From IMG/VR virus record IMGVR_UViG_2537562091_000002: 5,175 nt of DNA. One strand, written 5' to 3'. Numbering within the stretch: the stretch's first letter is position 1; the number at the start of each line of letters is the position of its first letter. Under the pieces are notes generated by a model. That model had not been told where the DNA came from. It saw nothing but the letters and a program-made list of their open reading frames with translations, and searched no databases. The translations under genes and the position numbers were made by a program. This document shows positions 1 through 5,083 of this stretch, one piece after another. The DNA comes from a virus. Taxonomy: Duplodnaviria > Heunggongvirae > Uroviricota > Caudoviricetes.

Positions 1-195
1 CCTGTCATACGCGTAAAACAGCCAGCGCTGGCGCGATTTAGCCCCGACATAGCCCCACTGTTCGTCCATTTCCGCGCAGACGATGACGTCACTGCCCGGC
101 TGTATGCGCGAGGTTACCGACTGCGGCCTGAGTTTTTTAAGTGACGTAAAATCGTGTTGAGGCCAACGCCCATAATGCGGGCTGTTGCCCGGCAT
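1..195 (-). CDS. insB: IS1 InsB, 5' part only (65 codons; 3' end lies beyond the window)
   Basis: Minus-strand ATG at 193-195, then [65 protein letters not shown] to position 1; overlaps insA in another frame as in canonical IS1. Confidence 0.8.
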
Positions 196-389
196 CCAAC
201 GCCATTCATGGCCATATCAATGATTTTCTGGTGCGTACCGGGTTGAGAAGCGGTGTAAGTGAACTGCAGTTGCCATGTTTTACGGCAGTGAGAGCAGAGA
301 TAGCGCTGATGTCCGGCAGTGCTTTTGCCGTTACGCACCACCCCGTCAGTAGCTGAACAGGAGGGACAGCTGATAGAAACAGAAGCCAC
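114..389 (-). CDS. insA: IS1 InsA (transposition regulator / N-terminal part of the InsAB' transposase), GTG start
   Basis: 91-aa translation [40 protein letters not shown]...LKNSGRSR matches recalled IS1 InsA throughout; stop TAA at 114-116. Confidence 0.95.
132..138 (-). other. IS1 A6C slippery run (programmed -1 frameshift site producing InsAB')
   Basis: Minus strand reads TTAAAAAACTC here, at the insA/insB overlap. The role of this motif in IS1 is established knowledge. Confidence 0.7.
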
Positions 390-421
390 TGGAGCACCTC
401 AAAAACACCATCATACACTAA

Positions 422-444
422 ATCAGTAAGTTGGCAGCATCACC
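422..444. repeat. IS1 terminal inverted repeat (insA-proximal end)
   Basis: ATCAGTAAGTTGGCAGCATCACC is the exact reverse complement of the recalled 23-bp IS1 IR. Confidence 0.85.
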
Positions 445-517
445 CAACACCCGATACTTTTTCCTGGCTTCCAGCAACGGGGTTTCTTCCTCCGTTGCAT
501 ATACAGCTCACCTTTTT

Positions 518-811
518 TCACCCACGATTAACCAACAGCCAGATCAGCAGACACGCCACCACCGGCACAGCAAAATCCATCAGGCTTGCCACATCCCAAA
601 CACGCGGATCAAAACCGCCCCACCACGGCATGTTAATCCGCTTGCCATGCCCGAACATTTCAATCCAGCGATATTCTGCCTGGGTGTGTTCACGCGCAAT
701 GAAGAACGTACAACCAGCTATCGCCCCATAAGCCCAGTTTCCGGTAAAAAGACCAACCAGTGTCTGCGCAGCCACAGCACAAAGCGCATGAAGAAAAGGT
801 GTTATATCCAT
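518..811 (-). CDS. Small predicted membrane protein (97 aa), function unknown; last gene of the post-fibre cassette
   Basis: ORF with ATG at 809-811 preceded by AGGAGGAG immediately after the upstream stop. Hydrophobic stretches FLHALCAVAAQTLVGLF, WAYGAIAGCTFFIA and FAVPVVACLLIWLLV flank a charged loop containing WWGGFDPRVWD. No family recognised by eye. Confidence 0.6.
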   Translation of the reverse strand: MDITPFLHALCAVAAQTLVGLFTGNWAYGAIAGCTFFIAREHTQAEYRWIEMFGHGKRINMPWWGGFDPRVWDVASLMDFAVPVVACLLIWLLVNRG

Positions 812-821
812 TACTCCTCCT

Positions 822-1526
822 TTATCTAATATCGCTTCGGGAAGTTAATAACAACTTTAATTCTGACTCAAGTTCATCAACTCTTTCAGTCAGTTTCTGG
901 ATATGGTGAATCAGTGGAACAACCAGACGTTCGTACATTACACCTTCGGCAACAAGGCCATTGCTGGAAATAGCTTCAGGAGCATCATCTTCGTTAGCTG
1001 GTCGCCAGTGTACAAACTGAGGAGCAATTTCTCCTACTTCCTCGGCAATCAATCCGTAGAATCCCCAGTCACGCCTGTCATTTTCGCATTGCGACCTGTA
1101 CCACACAGGGCGCATCCTGAAAATGAGATCGGCGTGCTCTGAATCTATTGTCTCTACTGAATGTTTATAGCGGATAGACGATGTTGACCGCAGCACAGAC
1201 GAAATTGCAGGGTCAGGATTAAGATAAAGGTTTGCCGCCGCTGTAGTCGTGGCCAAATTCCATAAATAAAACGCTTCACGACCTGTCAGTGGATAAAAAT
1301 CTCCGCCATAACGACCACTTTCCAGATCGTTCACTTCCACTTTGTTTTTCAGCTTATTATCAACTTCAGTTTTTGTGTATCTGGAGCTGATATCCTGCTT
1401 TGCACTGGTCATCTCAGTCTGAAGCGTTGATACTTTTCTGCTAATTGATGAAATATCTTCCTTAGCTTTACTGACATCCCCCTTTAGCTTGGTGATATCT
1501 CCTGGAATTACTGTCGATGTAGCCAT
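822..1526 (-). CDS. Standalone coiled-coil protein (234 aa) with a C-terminal peptidase-S74-type intramolecular chaperone domain (tail-fibre/tailspike auto-chaperone type)
   Basis: ATG at 1524-1526, with GAGG overlapping the upstream stop 9 nt before it. Residues about 10-65 show 3-4 spaced hydrophobics (heptad pattern). Residues about 116-234 (SSIRYKHSVETID...RPVWYR...GLIAEEVGEIAPQFV...YERLVVPLIHHIQKL...ELESELKLL) fit the recalled S74 IMC consensus (SDrrlK...lrPvsYrY...GliAQEv...). Confidence 0.8.
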   Translation of the reverse strand: MATSTVIPGDITKLKGDVSKAKEDISSISRKVSTLQTEMTSAKQDISSRYTKTEVDNKLKNKVEVNDLESGRYGGDFYPLTGREAFYLWNLATTTAAANLYLNPDPAISSVLRSTSSIRYKHSVETIDSEHADLIFRMRPVWYRSQCENDRRDWGFYGLIAEEVGEIAPQFVHWRPANEDDAPEAISSNGLVAEGVMYERLVVPLIHHIQKLTERVDELESELKLLLTSRSDIR

Positions 1527-1535
1527 TTTCCTGCC

Positions 1536-1817
1536 TCACATCCAGCCACGAAGTTGATGCTCAACAACAACCGCGTATTTATCGAATATTGACGATTTTT
1601 TTGCATCATTAATGATGCGCACGTTTACAAAATATCCGTCTTCCTTAACACATACCGGCTCGCCATCTTCAGTAAGTTCTCCGGTTTCTTTGTACACGTT
1701 ACCTATCACGTCAATAAGAATATCATCCTGCATCGACTCGTCATCATAATAGCCAGCACTCTTCATAAAGGCCGAAAAGTCGGCCTTGTCTGTGAATTTG
1801 ATAATTAAATCTCGCAT
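1536..1817 (-). CDS. Small acidic hypothetical protein (93 aa), translationally coupled to the fibre gene
   Basis: ATG at 1815-1817 overlaps the fibre stop (minus strand reads TAATG); GGGAGAG lies upstream. Asp/Glu-rich product (MRDLIIKFTDKADFSAFMKSAGYYDDESMQDD...). No similarity to Tfa recognised. Confidence 0.6.
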   Translation of the reverse strand: MRDLIIKFTDKADFSAFMKSAGYYDDESMQDDILIDVIGNVYKETGELTEDGEPVCVKEDGYFVNVRIINDAKKSSIFDKYAVVVEHQLRGWM

Positions 1818-3784
1818 TATATTATCTCTCCCATTTGCGCATCGGTTAATTCTTTATGCCATATTCTAAAATTCCTGATATAACCAAATAAATGACGTAA
1901 GCCGGCTGTAGTCTGGCCTCCAATCCTTATACCTGTAGCACCACTAACACTCTTCCACGTTGTTGATGCTGGTGTTGATAAAACCCCATTGCAGCCAGCC
2001 TGAAACTTGCCATCGCTTTTTATTCTATATACAGCGATAATCTTTCTTGGGTAATTTCCAGGTGGAAATGATATTGGATTACCAAATTGAACATATGGAG
2101 TTCCTACACTACCTGCTGTATTTCTGAATGCAAAAACAAAAGCGTCGTCTTTTGTTTTAAATCCTGTTATATCATAAATTCTAGGCGCGGAATTTGGTGC
2201 CATAGACCAATTTTTATTCACTTCAACCATGCAGGTTAAAGGTTTGCTGGCCATGTTATTTTTACAAGGCAATGTAACAATATCGCTTGCTCGCGTTGAT
2301 GCAACTGTATCGGAAATGATAAAAGATGATGCGCATGAGCCGCCTTCAAATTGTGGTGTCGTAACATCCAAATATTCCCCGCCCAAATAAGTTCCAGGTG
2401 AAACAGGTGGAGCAATTTGGATCTGAGAGCCAACCATATTATCAATAGCTTCAGATTGATATGTAACCTCGAAATAAATCCATCCATTAGATTCTTTCTC
2501 CGCTCGGGCGGTTATTCTTGCAGCCCCTCCTCCCGTTTTCCTAATGGACATATCTGTTATATTAAGATATGCATCTGCCAGATAAAAATATGCGGACCCG
2601 TCATATCTTTCAAATCTTATACGACATTGTATATTAGCACTATCGCTTTTTACACGACATGATGTTGTAACATACTTTTCAGTTCCAGTAACATCGACAC
2701 CTCTTCCTCCTGAAACCGCAGCGATATTCATTGTCGTATTTGTCCCAATTTTTTCGTCCTTTATTTGAAACCGCCCATAAGTAAAGCCAAACTCATCAAC
2801 ACCACTTTCTGTTATAGTTACACTTGTTGTAGCTCCCCACTTAGATGGCGTAAGTGAATTAAGATGATAGTTGGTTCTTTGTCCTTCAATCAGCAAACCT
2901 TCTCGTTCAAATCGCGGTTCGTCAACTTCAGCAACGGTTAATACTCCTGATTTATTAATGTATGTTGCACCTGATGCGCGTTTGAAGCTAACAACCTTAT
3001 CGGATGGCATTTTAATAACATCATCACCTACAGTTATTTGCTTATAACCAGGCGAAAAGCCAGCAAGCATATCCAGTGAATCGTTAAACGGTATCCACAC
3101 ATCGGGAAGCGGCTGCAAAACTTGTTTATACGGCTCCGCAGCCTGGCTTGCATACTCTCTGGCTGCGTCTTCACTTGCTTTTGCAGCCGTCTGGCTTGCA
3201 GCGGATGCTTTCGCCGAGTTAGCCGCCGCAGTCTCGCTCGCCTTTGCGTTGGTTTCACTGGTTTTTGCAGCTTTTTGACTGTTGGCTGATGCAGTGGCAG
3301 AAGAAGCCGCCGCACTTGCAGAACCAGCTGCGGCACTCTCGCTTTGGGCCGCTGCATCCTGACTGTTTTTCGCCGCAGTTTCGCTGGCTTTGGCATTCGT
3401 TTCGCTGGTCTTCGCTGCCGTCTGGCTGGACTTTGCGTTAGTTTCGCTCGTCTTCGCTGCTTTCTGGCTGTTAGCTGCAGCAGTTGCTGATCCAGCTGCT
3501 GAAGTCGCAGAACCGGCTGCCGCACTCTCGCTTTCGGCTGCTGCAGCCTGACTGCTTTTCGCCGCAGTTTCACTGGTTTTGGCATTCGTTTCGCTTGTTT
3601 TCGCTGCCGCCTGGCTGGACTTTGCGTTGGTTTCGCTCGTCTTTGCTGCTGTCTCGCTATTTTTCGCGTTGTTTTCTGATTTTTTAGCTGCTGTCGCGGA
3701 GTTTGCCGATGCAGTCTGCGAGGCCGCTGCCGCCTGTGCGCTGTTAACCTGAATCGGTTCGTGCTGCCTTTGCGGTTTCCTGAT
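1817..3784 (-). CDS. Side tail fibre protein (Stf family), N-terminally truncated remnant. Open frame 3784-1817 with no canonical start; the only start candidate is TTG at 3116-3118. C-terminal LamG/concanavalin-A-like lectin-type domain.
   Basis: Manual translation of the frame continuous with the 1817..3118 ORF stays open up to TGA at 3785-3787. Residues upstream of 3118 read ...AAKTSETNAKASETAAKNSQDAAAQSESAAAGSA..., typical of lambda Stf-type shaft repeats. The C-terminus ...IGGQTTAGLRHLFGYIRNFRIWHKELTDAQMGEII fits the LamG signature (IGG...G.IDEVRIYNRALSAEEI). Confidence 0.8.
   Translation of the reverse strand: MRKPQRQHEPIQVNSAQAAAASQTASANSATAAKKSENNAKNSETAAKTSETNAKSSQAAAKTSETNAKTSETAAKSSQAAAAESESAAAGSATSAAGSATAAANSQKAAKTSETNAKSSQTAAKTSETNAKASETAAKNSQDAAAQSESAAAGSASAAASSATASANSQKAAKTSETNAKASETAAANSAKASAASQTAAKASEDAAREYASQAAEPYKQVLQPLPDVWIPFNDSLDMLAGFSPGYKQITVGDDVIKMPSDKVVSFKRASGATYINKSGVLTVAEVDEPRFEREGLLIEGQRTNYHLNSLTPSKWGATTSVTITESGVDEFGFTYGRFQIKDEKIGTNTTMNIAAVSGGRGVDVTGTEKYVTTSCRVKSDSANIQCRIRFERYDGSAYFYLADAYLNITDMSIRKTGGGAARITARAEKESNGWIYFEVTYQSEAIDNMVGSQIQIAPPVSPGTYLGGEYLDVTTPQFEGGSCASSFIISDTVASTRASDIVTLPCKNNMASKPLTCMVEVNKNWSMAPNSAPRIYDITGFKTKDDAFVFAFRNTAGSVGTPYVQFGNPISFPPGNYPRKIIAVYRIKSDGKFQAGCNGVLSTPASTTWKSVSGATGIRIGGQTTAGLRHLFGYIRNFRIWHKELTDAQMGEII
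3240..3720. repeat. In-frame tandem direct repeat, period 189 bp (63 codons), about 2.5 copies, encoding the fibre shaft low-complexity repeats
   Basis: Near-identical blocks start at 3321 and 3510 (GAACCAGCTGCGGCACTCTCGCTTTGGGCC... vs GAACCGGCTGCCGCACTCTCGCTTTCGGCT...). The sub-motif CTTTGCGTT.GTTTC.CT.GT recurs near 3242, 3431 and 3621. Confidence 0.85.
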
Positions 3785-3791
3785 TCAGCAT
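3744..3791 (-). pseudogene. 15-codon stub (MLNQETAKAARTDSG*), interpreted as the remnant 5' end of the gene after nu1 (terminase large subunit by position)
   Basis: ATG overlaps the nu1 stop as TAATG and is preceded by AGGAGGAG. The frame stops after 15 codons exactly where the Stf-type repeat sequence begins. Too short to identify by sequence; the call rests on position. Confidence 0.35.
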
Positions 3792-4285
3792 TACTCCTCC
3801 TGCTGTAATTCCTCCTCATCATCCGCACCTGCTTCAGTCACCCGCAGGGCTATCTGATCGCGCAGATCATCAATAATGGACTGAACACGGCTCACAGCGG
3901 CAGGCTGCAGACCGCAGTCACGTTCAAGAATATCCGGTAATGTCTCCAGCACCTGCACGACCGCTTTTGCCCAGATGGCAAACTCCCGTCTGACATCACT
4001 GGCCGGAATGAGTTGTGCCGTTTCCTGTTCGAACTTAAGACGCTCACGTTCAGACTGATACCAGGCTTTGCGCTCATGCGCGTCCATTTCGCCTTCTGCA
4101 ACCGGCGGTGGTAATGCCAGAAATGCCGACACAATATCAACCACCCGATAAAGCTTGAGGTTGCTTTCATGCCCCCCTGCAACGGGTAGATTTTGCAGCC
4201 TTGCCGCAGCAGTCTGGCGATGTACACCTGACAATGCCGCCAGTTGACTGATATTCAGCGTCAGATTTTTTAACTCTCGATCCAT
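3791..4285 (-). CDS. Terminase small subunit, lambda Nu1 / Noh family (164 aa)
   Basis: ATG at 4283-4285 with GGAG 7 nt upstream. N-terminal HTH-like segment LNISQLAALSGVHRQTAAARL parallels lambda Nu1 KKQLADIFGASIRTIQNWQ. Sits about 175 bp downstream of a cosN-like site, as in lambda. Confidence 0.85.
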   Translation of the reverse strand: MDRELKNLTLNISQLAALSGVHRQTAAARLQNLPVAGGHESNLKLYRVVDIVSAFLALPPPVAEGEMDAHERKAWYQSERERLKFEQETAQLIPASDVRREFAIWAKAVVQVLETLPDILERDCGLQPAAVSRVQSIIDDLRDQIALRVTEAGADDEEELQQEE

Positions 4286-4500
4286 ACCCGCTCCAGAATG
4301 TTTTAAACATGCATCTTGCGAACAACTTTAGGCAAACGGTGTTAGTGATGAACAAAAAACAATCAGAATCGACACCATAAAAATAAAACAACTGTAATAT
4401 CAATCAATTACAGTAGTGGTGATGACGAATAAAATTTCAAAAACTAGCCTTTTTCCGCGACGCTCCCGCCCCGTGGCAGGGCCCCCCCACTGGGAGGACC
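4286..4500 (-). other. cos region: cosN-like 12-mer (minus strand GGGCGGGAGCGT, plus 4460-4471), cosQ-like sequence on the high-coordinate side, AT-rich cosB-like spacer towards nu1
   Basis: Minus strand reads ...GGGTCCTCCCAGTGGGGGGGCCCTGCCACG GGGCGGGAGCGT CGCGGAAAAAGG... Recalled lambda is ...GGGTCCTTTCCGGTGATCCGACAGGTTACG GGGCGGCGACCT CGCGGGTTTTCGC... The 12-mer matches 8/12, both nick-flanking triplets/pentamers match, and the spacing to GGGTCCT is the same. Confidence 0.55.
4391..4414. repeat. Perfect 8-bp inverted repeat with 8-bp spacer (ACTGTAAT-ATCAATCA-ATTACAGT) inside the cosB-like spacer
   Basis: Read directly from the sequence; function unknown. Confidence 0.5.
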
Positions 4501-4718
4501 CGACAGCCTGACAACCGTGACGAGCATCTGTAACAGAGCTTTACATAATGGCATGGGGATAATTCAGAAGGACATCACAGCATGCCCACACAAATTAGTG
4601 TGAGTGTCCTGTTTCTTACTACGCGCAGGACTGACGAGCATGAGGGGAAAATACGAGAAACGAAATGCCTTATCTTCAGAAATGCAGCCGGCATCCGAAC
4701 TGGACGATATTGTAAATT

Positions 4719-4757
4719 TGATCTTACCCAGCAATAGTGGACACGCGGCTAAGTGAG
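4719..4757. repeat. IS3 left terminal inverted repeat (approximate extent)
   Basis: Element terminus begins with TG at 4719; the roughly 39-bp IR length is recalled, not measured. Confidence 0.6.
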
Positions 4758-4783
4758 TAAACTCTCAGTCAGAGGTGACTCAC

Positions 4784-5083
4784 ATGACAAAAACAGTATC
4801 AACCAGTAAAAAACCCCGTAAACAGCATTCGCCTGAATTTCGCAGTGAAGCCCTGAAGCTTGCTGAACGCATCGGTGTTACTGCCGCAGCCCGTGAACTC
4901 AGCCTGTATGAATCACAGCTCTACAACTGGCGCAGTAAACAGCAAAATCAGCAGACGTCTTCTGAACGTGAACTGGAGATGTCTACCGAGATTGCACGTC
5001 TCAAACGCCAGCTGGCAGAACGGGATGAAGAGCTGGCTATCCTCCAAAAGGCCGCGACATACTTCGCGAAGCGCCTGAAATGA
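4784..5083 (+). CDS. insE: IS3 OrfA (InsE). The ORF track starts at GTG 4775; the canonical ATG is at 4784 with AGAGG upstream.
   Basis: Translation MTKTVSTSKKPRKQHSPEFRSEALKLAERIGVTAAARELSLYESQLYNWRSKQQNQ...ATYFAKRLK matches recalled InsE. The CCAAAAG slippery motif lies at about 5043-5049. Confidence 0.9.
   Translation: MTKTVSTSKKPRKQHSPEFRSEALKLAERIGVTAAARELSLYESQLYNWRSKQQNQQTSSERELEMSTEIARLKRQLAERDEELAILQKAATYFAKRLK

Larger units (their letters stand above)
1..444 (-). mobile_element. IS1: IS1 insertion sequence, partial (runs off the window start); terminus at 444
   Basis: Minus-strand 114..389 translates to IS1 InsA. 1..195 encodes the InsB N-terminus. 421..444 (AATCAGTAAGTTGGCAGCATCACC) is the reverse complement of the IS1 terminal inverted repeat GGTGATGCTGCCAACTTACTGAT. 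Confidence 0.95.

Noticed and set aside
206-418. 70-aa minus-strand ORF inside IS1
   Set aside because: An alternative frame overlapping insA; canonical IS1 encodes only InsA, InsB and InsAB'.
445-517. Rho-independent terminator after the cassette
   Set aside because: Only a weak 4-bp hairpin (CTGG-CTT-CCAG) with no U-run on the minus-strand transcript. The native downstream sequence is probably lost to the IS1 insertion.
431-829. Plus-strand ORFs 431-829 and 495-731
   Set aside because: They start inside the IS1 terminal repeat and are antisense to the better-supported 97-aa minus-strand gene. No RBS and a low-complexity product.
445-1817. Tail fibre assembly (Tfa) gene or Pin/Gin-type invertase with an invertible segment downstream of the fibre
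   Set aside because: I looked for them because they are the normal neighbours of stf. No ORF of the right size or sequence character is present, and no recombinase-like frame exists on either strand.
903-2662. ORFs 903-1142 (+), 2236-2487 (-) and 2417-2662 (+)
   Set aside because: All are embedded in, and out of frame with or antisense to, the well-supported 234-aa and fibre genes.
3244-3687. Two mutually similar plus-strand ORFs (3244-3441 and 3484-3687)
   Set aside because: They are antisense to the fibre repeat region. Their similarity is just the 189-bp DNA tandem repeat read in a non-coding frame.
3240-3720. Possible CRISPR array suggested by the regular direct repeats
   Set aside because: The period is 189 bp, the repeats are in-frame coding sequence of the fibre shaft, and there are no short repeat-spacer units or cas genes.
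809-3801. Identical 13-mer CATTACTCCTCCT (minus strand AGGAGGAGTAATG) at two gene junctions, 809-821 and 3789-3801
   Set aside because: It is just a strong Shine-Dalgarno followed by a TAATG stop-start overlap. It is too short to argue for a shared recombination site, and the flanks do not match.
3034-3828. 264-aa Arg/Gln/Lys-rich ORF on the minus strand
   Set aside because: It is an alternative frame through the GC-rich tandem repeat. Its composition is a codon-bias artefact. The Stf-like frame is the one ending at 1817, and this ORF overlaps both nu1 and the fibre.
3892-4403. Minus-strand ORFs 3892-4227 and 4167-4403
   Set aside because: The first is an alternative frame inside nu1. The second spans the nu1 start and the cos spacer and has no coding signature.
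4582-4737. 51-codon plus-strand ORF (MPTQISVSVLFLTTRR...) running from the cosQ-side spacer into the IS3 terminus
   Set aside because: It could be the 5' end of a gene truncated by the IS3 insertion. It is too short, has no recognisable family, and its stop codon lies inside the IS3 repeat, so it cannot be supported from this window.
4860-5078. 72-aa plus-strand ORF inside IS3
   Set aside because: An alternative frame within insE.
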